This document shows positions 27,901 to 35,177 of a stretch of DNA of 41,306 nt, piece after piece. The stretch covers positions 1 to 41,306 of the IMG/VR virus record IMGVR_UViG_3300037424_000441; one strand, given 5' to 3'. Both the position numbers and the translations under genes were made by a program. The notes under the pieces were generated by a model. That model saw only the letters and a list, made by a program, of their open reading frames with translations, did not search any database and was not told where the DNA came from. Every line of letters begins with the position of its first letter. Position 1 is the first letter of the stretch. Source of the DNA: a virus (lineage: Duplodnaviria; Caudoviricetes).

Positions 27901-28013
27901 TCCGCTGCACGTTCACGGACGCGAACATGGGATATTCAGCGGTGACGTTTCAGATTATGGGCGTCGAACACCGGAAGCTCGCCGCGTCCACGTTGACACT
28001 GGCGAAGACATAG
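24909..28013 (+). CDS. Large tail tip / baseplate hub / receptor-binding protein (1034 aa)
   Basis: IAEAFGFVHYYSPDGTLIFKPR and ILNDITV hub-like motifs, D.TSIAAY; beta-rich central insert. Confidence 0.7.
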   Translation: MAFSQQQTIAQTGASNLTYTLEFRTWNGSAYVWTDYTERLLDFSGIGSTVEEGAFPNAFRMNVGRIECNNSDGMFNNLDVLDGLLYNSSEPYGKSIYKRMLRIKCNNTAIGVALVRDVKPRSDRNSVMIETISLDARASDQACDGETAERHPLGDTSKVGDGSDWTTTAPAALTDEVAMYRWRDEESEGNLSYGWFKDKHYSEIIERTAWALDDLATDITETYRLMTADDREIATTRNIPPDDPAVSEGVTPDRCRVVIWNPERSCLVCCVGHKIYDYNPTTNVYTLRNTLTAGRDVVRAFYTTEADSGGENKRIVLVQCDIEAYSGSSGGRVTTAWCTTLDATGTGAYTVLDTERSMGTDVFPGTHQFREEERIGQIPPDIAGENLFVPFRQEIRYTAGLNATDNYRHLDTDGEPVSLFDAPAGGAPNRTLPATLGRGYFTGDRNLGDAPGANGWRWSNGNFFSCSLNIYTAGGRLYYITWDSTNKYRLNYINLSTYAAGSYLALGGANTRVPYFLYSPQGATFKKRLYCCQMQWKDTATDYSIAEIYHYDFSSPGWTQTTYLSGATGSNQAWMITELTHEDSGNSITCILFNRETLKWRLANDIATAWASMEAICYSAFQNLSKDQENRLEGLHTRANGDLFFVEAGPNLLWKLKAADGVLYPANLTPADAAKGDPINADRGLGSYMTSTPVNYPDSSTPEGILFWISAADYVDAGTDHPNGRYTLCQYANFDPGFIQLLDVSGLSFWELRTLIAEAFGFVHYYSPDGTLIFKPRTTSGAASFTFSGDNRNYLRGEVQTRGFEAILNDITVKPYAVVSEERTSEIVKGYNEASADKDGALDDVNVSGNPGENSQWRVVFTSATAYSIYKLQGVNADATTAKGSATITTTLSQPTDGTYLSITPDNWSGVFVTDDNFTFWIFEPAESLQVMPDGNESKWSDATSIAAYKRNARTFENRFIRRQIAPDYAANIGEWRKERHDIVRIEAAADPAYQPLLRCTFTDANMGYSAVTFQIMGVEHRKLAASTLTLAKT

Positions 28014-28022
28014 GAGCGCATC

Positions 28023-28238
28023 ATGGCGGACAGCAACGGCAACGGATTATGGAAGACGTGGGCGCTTGTGTTAGCGACCGGATTCGTCACGTTTGTTGGA
28101 ACGATGACCTATGCCCGGACGACGTTTCCGCCAACCTACACGCAGTCCGAGATCGACCTGAAGTTCAAGAATCTCGGAGACAAGATCGACGATCTACGGG
28201 ATGAGATTCGGAGGGAGCGAGCGAATGGGCAACGGTGA
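28023..28238 (+). CDS. Single-TM plus coiled-coil protein (holin/XhlA-like)
   Basis: WALVLATGFVTFVGTM, then LGDKIDDLRDEIRR. Confidence 0.55.
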   Translation: MADSNGNGLWKTWALVLATGFVTFVGTMTYARTTFPPTYTQSEIDLKFKNLGDKIDDLRDEIRRERANGQR

Positions 28239-28689
28239 CGATAGTCCGAGCGGGTTACACAAGGCCCTAACTGGGGCAATGGGAGACTCGAAGAAAGCAA
28301 AGGCCGTGCGACATACGGCGTCTGGGGCAGGCGGCGCATTCGCTGTTGTTCTATTGCTGAATCAATTCCCCGGTCTGTTGCCCTACGTCATGGCGTCCGA
28401 GTTTGCAGACACGGCTAAGACCGTAACGGTCGTGCAAACGAAGCTGGACTCGATGGAGAAAGGTCAGGACAGGCTCGTAACGCAGTCGGATCAGATGTCG
28501 CAAATGGTTTCTCGAATCGAGGGACTGCTTGCTGGTATGGCGTCCAAGGTTGACGTCACGCTCAAAGAGAACCGTGATACCGTCATGGTCTACTTTAATG
28601 TCGAACGGGGAAGTGGGGCGCGATCATTCTGGCGGCGCGGGCCAACTACGGATTCGCTAATGATACCACTTGTGAAAGATTCACTCTAA
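28225..28689 (+). CDS. Membrane-anchored coiled-coil protein (lysis accessory?)
   Basis: GAGGAFAVVLLL, then heptads VQTKLDSMEKGQDRL. Confidence 0.55.
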   Translation: MGNGDDSPSGLHKALTGAMGDSKKAKAVRHTASGAGGAFAVVLLLNQFPGLLPYVMASEFADTAKTVTVVQTKLDSMEKGQDRLVTQSDQMSQMVSRIEGLLAGMASKVDVTLKENRDTVMVYFNVERGSGARSFWRRGPTTDSLMIPLVKDSL

Positions 28690-28698
28690 GGAGGCAAC

Positions 28699-29274
28699 AT
28701 GCAGAAAGTGCTTATCGCTTTACTCGCCGTTCTCGCACTGGGCGACATGTCCGACACGGCGCAGGCCCAGGGCGAGAGATTCATCGCAAAGGAAAACATC
28801 TCTGTTGTGGCGGGGTTGGGCGCTTCGGTCGCAATCAATTCGACGGCCTTTCAATCGACGTTCGATGAGGGGCTGATGTACGCGCTCCGGGCCGAGTATC
28901 GGATTCACCCGCGCATCGCGCTTTATGGCGATTACTCAACAGTGGCATTCGATCCGGTTGCGGCGAGTGACTCGGCTGTGCAGAGCGTGGAAGTGTCGAG
29001 CGCGGCTGTCGGTGTGATGCTATTCGGAACGCTCAACGCGACCAATACCGTGCTGGCCTTCCTCGATGTCGGAGTGTCATCGAACACGATCGAGGGACAG
29101 GATACTGAGTTCAAGGCGCGCCCGGGCGGTGGGCTCGATATCTCATTGTCGCCACAGGTGGCATTCCGGCCAGCCGTGTACGTGAACCGCTACGCGGGGA
29201 ATCCGGAGTTTGTGGATGGGCTTGAGTTCAAGGCGTGGCTGAGAATCACGCCATTTGCGACAACGCTATTCTAA
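28699..29274 (+). CDS. Outer-membrane beta-barrel protein (Lom/Ail/OmpA-TM-like)
   Basis: Signal peptide ending AQA; alternating strands LRAEYRI, IALYGDY, AFLDVGV, GGGLDISL; C-terminal Phe. Confidence 0.75.
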   Translation: MQKVLIALLAVLALGDMSDTAQAQGERFIAKENISVVAGLGASVAINSTAFQSTFDEGLMYALRAEYRIHPRIALYGDYSTVAFDPVAASDSAVQSVEVSSAAVGVMLFGTLNATNTVLAFLDVGVSSNTIEGQDTEFKARPGGGLDISLSPQVAFRPAVYVNRYAGNPEFVDGLEFKAWLRITPFATTLF

Positions 29275-29304
29275 ACTAACGCAGTCAACAGAAGGAGCAA
29301 GACA

Positions 29305-29610
29305 ATGAGTGACGCATGGAAGCCAGTGTACGAGGGCATCAAGGCGGAGTTTCTGCCAAAACTCAAAGCCGTGATCGGTCAAATCGACTGGTCTGGTAAC
29401 ACATTCAAAGACGTGGCGCAATGCGCAAAGGCGATGGTGCGAATCATCGACCTGCTTGACGACTATACCGATCAACTGGAAGCGCTGACGCAAGAGGACC
29501 GCGAGCATCTCGCGGCCCAAGCGTTCGATGACGCGGTGAAGGCTCCGTTTGGTCTTGAATCGTTCGACGACAATGCGGGCGCATGGCTCTATCGCCTCTT
29601 CGCCAACTGA
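29305..29610 (+). CDS. Hypothetical helical protein
   Basis: AAGGAG RBS. Confidence 0.7.
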   Translation: MSDAWKPVYEGIKAEFLPKLKAVIGQIDWSGNTFKDVAQCAKAMVRIIDLLDDYTDQLEALTQEDREHLAAQAFDDAVKAPFGLESFDDNAGAWLYRLFAN

Positions 29611-29615
29611 TGACT

Positions 29616-29686
29616 CGCAGGGTGGAGAATGAGAAACTCGCGTGGCTCATAACCACGAGGTGCGGGTGCGAATCCCGTCCCTGCTA
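29616..29686 (+). tRNA. tRNA with CAT anticodon (Met/fMet-like; Ile2 not excluded)
   Basis: CGCAGGG/CCCTGCT-A acceptor with 1:72 mismatch, CGTGG-CTCATAA-CCACG anticodon arm, GCGGG-TGCGAAT-CCCGT T arm; no encoded CCA. Confidence 0.8.
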
Positions 29687-29707
29687 TTTCAACCCTAAGG
29701 AGATTCA

Positions 29708-30133
29708 ATGAAACGCATCATCGCAACACTCGCAATCGCCGCGCTCTGCCTCTGTGCATCGAGCGCGAGCGCCGAGAAGATCACGAAGAACGGGTACACC
29801 TATCACGTCTACAATCCCATGAATCCGTCCTACGGCATGGACACGGTTTGGGGCGCGCGTCTGCCCGTTAATGGTTGGACGACTCCCTATTGGGTACATG
29901 GCGACATCAACAGCCATCTCGGATTCATCGACGGATGTTTGGTCGTCGTGAAGCGTGAGGTCATGGAGCAACGCCGAACGCTCTACGAGAACGACATCCC
30001 GGTCAGGGTCGAAGTCCTCAGTGAGCGCGAGTACGGCGCGCCAGTTTACGAGACGCTGTTCTGTACGGGCCTGAGCATCACGTTGCCGAGCGTCAAGACC
30101 CCGGCCAAGGGGCGTCCAGGTGGCGGGAACTAA
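29708..30133 (+). CDS. Secreted hypothetical protein
   Basis: AAGGAG RBS; signal peptide MKRIIATLAIAALCLCASSASA. Confidence 0.75.
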   Translation: MKRIIATLAIAALCLCASSASAEKITKNGYTYHVYNPMNPSYGMDTVWGARLPVNGWTTPYWVHGDINSHLGFIDGCLVVVKREVMEQRRTLYENDIPVRVEVLSEREYGAPVYETLFCTGLSITLPSVKTPAKGRPGGGN

Positions 30134-30381
30134 TGGCCCGCACCGTCTACCACGTCCTCCCGCGCGGCAAGGGCTGGGGCTGTAAGGTCTCCGGCGTTTG
30201 GTGCGTTGTCGATAACTGTGCTTCGCTGTGCTCCAAAGAGACCTACGTCGCGGCGGTCAAGGCGCGGGCGCGGCAGAACAAGCCGAGCGAAGTCATCGTT
30301 CACAATCGCAACGGCAAGATCGGCAAGGGCGGCGGGTCGCGCGTGACGTACGGCGCGGACCCGGAAAGGCACAAAGGATGA
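30133..30381 (+). CDS. DUF2188-like protein
   Basis: YHVLPRGKGWGCK...ARARQNKPSEVIVHNRNGKI...TYGADP..KG. Confidence 0.8.
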   Translation: MARTVYHVLPRGKGWGCKVSGVWCVVDNCASLCSKETYVAAVKARARQNKPSEVIVHNRNGKIGKGGGSRVTYGADPERHKG

Positions 30382-30491
30382 GCGAGAACGCCACCTGCCC
30401 GCGCTGTGGGCGCGTCGTCGCCGGGACAATGGGCGAGTGTCCAACGTGCGGGGACTATGTGATTCAGGACGGATCAGCCGATGACGACTGA
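30378..30491 (+). CDS. 37-aa zinc-ribbon peptide
   Basis: CPRCG...ECPTCG; ATGA coupling. Confidence 0.55.
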   Translation: MSENATCPRCGRVVAGTMGECPTCGDYVIQDGSADDD

Positions 30492-30570
30492 CACATTCAT
30501 GCGCATCGTGGGGGCCGTGATAATCATCGCGGCTCTCATGGTGCCGTTCTGGACTACGAGGAAGAAATGA
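30481..30570 (+). CDS. 29-aa TM peptide
   Basis: MTTDTFMRIVGAVIIIAALMVPFWTTRKK*. Confidence 0.5.
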   Translation: MTTDTFMRIVGAVIIIAALMVPFWTTRKK

Positions 30571-30674
30571 CATACGGATCAACGATCTACTGGGTAAGTG
30601 TTGTCTTGTCGGCGATTGGGGCGCTGTCGCTTCTGTTGCTGTGTGCATGGCTCATTGATCTGGGGAAGAAATAG
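30567..30674 (+). CDS. 35-aa TM peptide
   Basis: GAGG RBS, ATGA overlap; MTYGSTIYWVSVVLSAIGALSLLLLCAWLIDLGKK*. Confidence 0.55.
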   Translation: MTYGSTIYWVSVVLSAIGALSLLLLCAWLIDLGKK

Positions 30675-30677
30675 TCA

Positions 30678-31277
30678 ATGGCAACATTTGGGAATACAGG
30701 GGTCGGTACCACCTTCACGTCTACGATTGAAAACGTGATTAAGGCCGGGCAGTTCACGATGGGCCCCGTGGGTGGGACTGCCAACAGCCTGAGCATGTAT
30801 CTGTCGCGGACGGGTACTCCGTCTGGAGTGAATTTCAAGTTGAAAGGCGCCCTCTATCTGGCGAGCGATGACTCGCTCGTGGCTCAGACAAATGAGGGGA
30901 TCATCTCTGATAGTTTTGCGATTGGATTTCAAACGTTGAATTTCTCTGGCTCTCCGGCATTGACGGCCAGTGTGGATTACTACCTCGCGATGTGGTGCAG
31001 TGGCGTTATTTCGATTACAGTGAGCACGCTGTGGGACGGGTCGGGAGGATTGGGGTTCCGGACTCTTTCGCGGGGATACACTACATGGTCCGGACAGTAC
31101 CCCGATCCATCCGGGACAAGCGTGACCGACGCCGATGGACTGGCCTCGATCTATTGCGACTACACCGAAACATCAGCAGGTGGCCAACCGATACGCAAGC
31201 GGTTTGGCGCAGTGCCACACATGTACAAAACACAGTCCGGCTTATTCGTTCCGGCAGTTTACGCGAAGGCGGCATAA
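30678..31277 (+). CDS. Virion beta-sandwich protein (fibre-associated)
   Basis: KLKGALY, LTASVDYYLAMW, ASIYCDYT; precedes the fibre gene. Confidence 0.6.
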   Translation: MATFGNTGVGTTFTSTIENVIKAGQFTMGPVGGTANSLSMYLSRTGTPSGVNFKLKGALYLASDDSLVAQTNEGIISDSFAIGFQTLNFSGSPALTASVDYYLAMWCSGVISITVSTLWDGSGGLGFRTLSRGYTTWSGQYPDPSGTSVTDADGLASIYCDYTETSAGGQPIRKRFGAVPHMYKTQSGLFVPAVYAKAA

Positions 31278-32869
31278 TGGCATCCACTGACGCAAGACCA
31301 GTCCCACTCAAGAACGTCGCGTTTCGCGTGTCGTTTCCCATCGTCGATGCAGATGGGGATTTGGTCACTGGCGCGACGGGACTCGACTCGGAAGTGTCGA
31401 AAGATGCGGGCGCGTTCGCTGACTGCACAAATGAAGCGACAGAAATCGGATCGTCGGGAATGTACTATCTCGACCTGACCGCGACGGAAATGAATTCTGA
31501 TACCGTGATCGTGATTGTGCAAACGTCGAGCGCCGGAGCGAAAACATCGCCAATCGTGATGTACCCCGCTGGCGACGGCTCGATCCCCGTCAACGTGAAG
31601 CAGGTCAACGGGACAGCGCAGACGGCTGGGGATATTGTGGCTGCCGTCATCACGAACGCGGCTGGCACCGACGTTGCCGCTGACATCATCGCTGTTAAGA
31701 CCGTGGTGGATGCGATCCTTGTGGACACTGGCACAACGCTTGATGCGGCTCTCGCTGTCGTCGATGCGAACGTCGATGCCATATTGGTTGACACCGGGAC
31801 CACGCTGGACGCGGCCCTTGCGGTTGTCGATGCCAACGTGGATGCCATTCTCGTCGATACAGGTACTACTCTCGACGCGGCAATCGCCGACCTGCCCACG
31901 AACGCCGAACTCGCCGCAGGACTTGCGGCGCTCAACGATCTGGACGCGACTGCGATTCAGGCAGCCGTCAATGCGGCGCTTGAAGCATTGGGGTTGCAAT
32001 GGCTCGTGCTCGGGACTGGTACCGTCATCGATCTTGGAAACAACACGACGACAACATTCGACGCGACCATGACGGGGGCAGGAATTTCGGCGGCCCACAG
32101 TGGCAACGTCATCGTCTGGACGAGTGGGGCAAACGCTGGAATCGCTAAATCAGTCCTGACTTTTGCGTGGTCTGGCTCGGATGCGTCCTTTGTTCTTGGG
32201 TCTGCAACTCCCGAGAAACTGCCCACTGTTCCATCTGCCGGTGACACATTCGTCGTGACTGCTATACGCTCGGAAACCATGCGCGGAACCAACAGCGCAT
32301 TCACGGCATCCAGCGGCGCGACGCTGCAAACCAGCGTGGATGATCTGCCGACGAATGCGGAACTGGCAACCGCGCTCGGAACGGCAGACGATGCGGTATT
32401 GGCGGCTGTGGCGGCGGTGCAGGCTGACACAGATGACATCCAGACGAAGATCGGGACTCCGGCTGGAGTCTCAGTCTCCGCCGACATTGCGGCAGTCAAA
32501 GCTGAAACCGCGTCAATCCAGACTGATACCAATTCCATCGAAACGAAGATCGACACCGTTGACACAAACGTCGATACGTTGGTCACCAACGTCGCCGCGA
32601 TCCTGGACGACACCGGCACAACTGGCGTGGTGTTGACGGCGGCTGAACGCACGGCGATTGCGGAGGCGCACCTGAAGATCGATATGGGCACGATTACCGG
32701 CGAAGCGGCGCGTAGCCCGCTGAACGCTCTCCGGACCCTGAGGAATAAGCAGACGATTGTCGGGACGGCGTTGACGGTCTATGAAGAGGACGACACCACA
32801 ATCGCGTACACGGCGACATTGACAACCGATGCGGCAGCGTTGCCCATCACAGCGAGTGACCCGACGTAA
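31277..32869 (+). CDS. Tail fibre / coiled-coil appendage protein
   Basis: N-terminal Ig-like GMYYLDLTATEMN domain; Asp/Thr/Ala-rich coiled-coil repeats; TAATG coupling. Confidence 0.7.
   Translation: MASTDARPVPLKNVAFRVSFPIVDADGDLVTGATGLDSEVSKDAGAFADCTNEATEIGSSGMYYLDLTATEMNSDTVIVIVQTSSAGAKTSPIVMYPAGDGSIPVNVKQVNGTAQTAGDIVAAVITNAAGTDVAADIIAVKTVVDAILVDTGTTLDAALAVVDANVDAILVDTGTTLDAALAVVDANVDAILVDTGTTLDAAIADLPTNAELAAGLAALNDLDATAIQAAVNAALEALGLQWLVLGTGTVIDLGNNTTTTFDATMTGAGISAAHSGNVIVWTSGANAGIAKSVLTFAWSGSDASFVLGSATPEKLPTVPSAGDTFVVTAIRSETMRGTNSAFTASSGATLQTSVDDLPTNAELATALGTADDAVLAAVAAVQADTDDIQTKIGTPAGVSVSADIAAVKAETASIQTDTNSIETKIDTVDTNVDTLVTNVAAILDDTGTTGVVLTAAERTAIAEAHLKIDMGTITGEAARSPLNALRTLRNKQTIVGTALTVYEEDDTTIAYTATLTTDAAALPITASDPT
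31706..31882 (+). repeat. 66-bp (22-aa) tandem repeat, 2.7 copies
   Basis: VDAILVDTGTTLDAALAVVDAN, units starting 31706, 31772, 31838. Confidence 0.9.
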
Positions 32870-33153
32870 TGGCTGGGGGATTCCGATCATTCTTGTGGCG
32901 ATGGCTCGGCAGGGCGGCTGGCCCACAGCCGACGCCGACCGTCCATGAGCCGATGTCATGCCGGGGCACGCGGATACTTCCGACGATGACATTCACGCCA
33001 ATCGTCGTCGCTGCCACACTGAAAGCCGATCCGACGATTGTTCACCCTACGTTATTTCATACGCCGCTGCTCTGCGTGCCCACGATGCGGTACAGCGAGA
33101 TGTTGATTCAACCAACCATGATGGACGTGGGCCTGACCGTCCACTCGGCATAG
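32869..33153 (+). CDS. Hypothetical protein with Pro-Thr periodicity
   Basis: TAATG coupling; LPTM, DPTI, HPTL, VPTM, QPTM. Confidence 0.6.
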   Translation: MAGGFRSFLWRWLGRAAGPQPTPTVHEPMSCRGTRILPTMTFTPIVVAATLKADPTIVHPTLFHTPLLCVPTMRYSEMLIQPTMMDVGLTVHSA

Positions 33154-33162
33154 GAGCATAGC

Positions 33163-33519
33163 GTGCCCGAAAACAAAATTGCAACAGCCACAACCAGCGT
33201 TCTGACGACGGTCGCCTATAAGCGCGACTCGGGCGGCAGCTACGTTGTGTTGCCCGCAGCGGAAGTCACCGAGATTCTCATCACGATCATTGCCCTCAAT
33301 TCGGCCAAAACGAAGATCCTGGACAATGTGTCGCTGTCCCCAATCGCTACCTACTGGACGTCGGGCGGCGTCGTAACAATCCCGCAATCCATCACGGAAA
33401 ATGTTCTCGCTGCGGCAGAGGTCGGGGCCGGTACTCACAAGGTAATTTTGCGCGTCACGTACACCGGCGGAGTCGGGGTGATCGAGGGCGAGTACGTGGT
33501 GCAGGATCCGGGAGCGTGA
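33163..33519 (+). CDS. Ig/BppU-like beta protein
   Basis: AGGAG RBS; GVVTIP, HKVILRVTYTGG. Confidence 0.55.
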   Translation: MPENKIATATTSVLTTVAYKRDSGGSYVVLPAAEVTEILITIIALNSAKTKILDNVSLSPIATYWTSGGVVTIPQSITENVLAAAEVGAGTHKVILRVTYTGGVGVIEGEYVVQDPGA

Positions 33520-33522
33520 TTC

Positions 33523-33969
33523 ATGTCGTTTGACCGCCACCAATTCCGCGACCTCGTTCGCCGATCCCTGGAGCGGCGTGGGTTACAGTCTCGATCTGCG
33601 GAAAACCTTGTGCTCGGGACAATCGCGGTTGAGTCGAACTTCGGAACCTACCTTATGCAACAGGGCGGAGGGCCAGCGATCGGGGTGGCTCAAATGGAGC
33701 CTGCTACGTTCGATTGGTTGCGGCAGAAGTTCATGGCCAGGTTCCCGGAACTGGTGACCAAAGACAAAGCCCGACTGATGGAGACCGACTTAGATTTCGC
33801 CGTGTTCATGTGCCGGTTGCGGTATGCCGTTGTGCCGTCGCCGTTGCCCGACTCTCAGAATGTCCGAGCGTTGGCCGAATACTGGAAGCTAATCTACAAC
33901 ACGGCGGCGGGAGCCGGGACTGTGGCGAAGTTTATGAGTGCATACGCGAAGTATGTAAGGGAAGTCTAA
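33523..33969 (+). CDS. Endolysin, lysozyme/transglycosylase fold
   Basis: LVLGTIAVES..G.YL.Q.GGGPAIGVAQMEPAT, CRLRY, YWKLIYNT..GAG. Confidence 0.75.
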   Translation: MSFDRHQFRDLVRRSLERRGLQSRSAENLVLGTIAVESNFGTYLMQQGGGPAIGVAQMEPATFDWLRQKFMARFPELVTKDKARLMETDLDFAVFMCRLRYAVVPSPLPDSQNVRALAEYWKLIYNTAAGAGTVAKFMSAYAKYVREV

Positions 33970-34007
33970 AAGCGTCAGGGGGACCCCTTCTCCCGGCGGT
34001 ACGGTCG

Positions 34008-34039
34008 CCCCGGTCGGGAAACTGGCCGGGGTTACTTTT
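34008..34039 (+). terminator. Intrinsic terminator ending the late operon (convergent region)
   Basis: CCCCGGTCGG-GAAA-CTGGCCGGGG-TTACTTTT. Confidence 0.7.
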
Positions 34040-34199
34040 GTTCGATGCGTCGAATCGCGTCGAGTGGGTGAATACGCTTGCCGTCTGCGTCAGCGAACGT
34101 GCTGCCATATACGGCGAGATCGATTTCGGCAATCATTCGAGGCGTCAACGGGATCGATTGCGCGAATTTCAGGAAGCGTTCGATCTTTGGCTCCATCAT
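34032..34199 (-). CDS. Micro-ORF 6 of the array (55 aa)
   Basis: GGAGG RBS; MMEPKIERFLKFAQSIPL...IRRIEQK*. Confidence 0.6.
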   Translation of the reverse strand: MMEPKIERFLKFAQSIPLTPRMIAEIDLAVYGSTFADADGKRIHPLDAIRRIEQK

Positions 34200-34212
34200 C
34201 CCTCCGGGCGGG

Positions 34213-34401
34213 TTAGTCTTTTTTCTGCGGAGTGAACTCTAAGAGGGATTGCGGAGATGTTCCAAATTCTCCGTCGTCAAGAACCCAAGTGAGACACTCG
34301 GCGAGTCCGTGGACCATTCCCTTGTAGAAGTCGTTAGCTTGATCATTGAGCGGACGCGTTACTTCGCGCAATGCTTCGCGGATTTCGATCTCTGTCTTCA
34401 T
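34213..34401 (-). CDS. Micro-ORF 5 (62 aa)
   Basis: GGAGGTGAGG RBS; MKTEIEIREAL...GLAECLTWVL. Confidence 0.7.
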   Translation of the reverse strand: MKTEIEIREALREVTRPLNDQANDFYKGMVHGLAECLTWVLDDGEFGTSPQSLLEFTPQKKD

Positions 34402-34574
34402 CCCTCACCTCCCGGACGGGTTAGGTCGCGCTTGAGTGAACGGATGGCCATTTCCCACGGCTCCTCCTTAAATACTGGACGGATCGTTGGCTCACCGTCT
34501 ACGATTACAAGCTCGACCATCTGGCCAGCCTTAATCTTGATCGGTTCGTTGAGGGGGAAGCAAATCGTCGTCAT
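34398..34574 (-). CDS. Micro-ORF 4 (58 aa), ends DLTRPGGEG
   Basis: AGGTGAGG RBS; ATG 34574. Confidence 0.65.
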   Translation of the reverse strand: MTTICFPLNEPIKIKAGQMVELVIVDGEPTIRPVFKEEPWEMAIRSLKRDLTRPGGEG

Positions 34575-34575
34575 C

Positions 34576-34752
34576 TCATCCCTCACCTATCGGGCGGGTT
34601 AGGTCGGTATCAGGCTTGGGGTACTTCTGATCATAGTTGGTGCGCACCTGAATAATCTCGCCGGGTTTACTGTTGATCCTCAGGGCGAAGAACTTCCCGG
34701 ATGCCCATTCTCGCATCAATTCTGGAAGTCGTTTACTGGATACGTACTTCAT
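34576..34752 (-). CDS. Micro-ORF 3 (58 aa), ends DLTRPIGEG
   Basis: My translation MKYVSSKRLPELMREWASGKFFALRIN...; ATGA coupling. Confidence 0.6.
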   Translation of the reverse strand: MKYVSSKRLPELMREWASGKFFALRINSKPGEIIQVRTNYDQKYPKPDTDLTRPIGEG

Positions 34753-34907
34753 CGCAGGTTAAAGAACCGAAGCTTGAATGGCCGCAAGCGGAAAATAACC
34801 ACCGTAACCGGAATGAAAACCCTCACGCCACAATCGAGCCATTGATTCCATCGGAGGTTTATGTGCCAAAATCCAATGGCGCCTCGATGCAGGAATGACC
34901 TCTTCAT
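34749..34907 (-). CDS. Micro-ORF 2 (52 aa, aromatic and basic)
   Basis: GGTGAGG RBS; MKRSFLHRGAIGFWHINLRW...FFNLR*. Confidence 0.55.
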   Translation of the reverse strand: MKRSFLHRGAIGFWHINLRWNQWLDCGVRVFIPVTVVIFRLRPFKLRFFNLR

Positions 34908-34910
34908 CCC

Positions 34911-35150
34911 TCACCATTCCCAGCGCGCGGCGCGGAAATCGGGGGCCGCGTCGCTCACCCTGTGGCTTGGCAAGACAAGGCCGGAGTCATCGCACGGTGG
35001 ATACATCACACCGCTCATGCGGCGCTTGGCCGGACGCCCACCCGCCAGCATCCCTATGGCTCGCTCGCACAGCGCAACAACGTGCTCAGTTAACATCTTC
35101 GGGTCGAATTCTGCGCCGACGTGAACCGTGATCCCTCCATATATCTCCAT
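34911..35150 (-). CDS. Micro-ORF 1 (79 aa)
   Basis: AAGGGG RBS; first gene after attP. Confidence 0.55.
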   Translation of the reverse strand: MEIYGGITVHVGAEFDPKMLTEHVVALCERAIGMLAGGRPAKRRMSGVMYPPCDDSGLVLPSHRVSDAAPDFRAARWEW

Positions 35151-35177
35151 GCCCCTTTAGTACGCCCCGCCCCGGAT

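Larger units (their letters stand above)
34197..34915 (-). repeat. Dispersed gene-junction repeat CGACCTAACCCGYCCGRKAGGTGAGGGATGA
   Basis: Full copies 34398-34428 and 34576-34606 (28/31 identical); partial copies 34197-34218 and 34901-34915. Confidence 0.85.

Noticed and set aside
29607-29640. Hammerhead ribozyme (CTGATGA...GAAA)
   Set aside because: Stem II does not close correctly, no stems I/III were found, and the segment is explained by a stop codon plus the tRNA D arm.
24909-32869. Diversity-generating retroelement or invertible tail-fibre cassette
   Set aside because: No reverse transcriptase, no TR/VR pair differing at adenines, and no invertase or inverted fibre copies seen.
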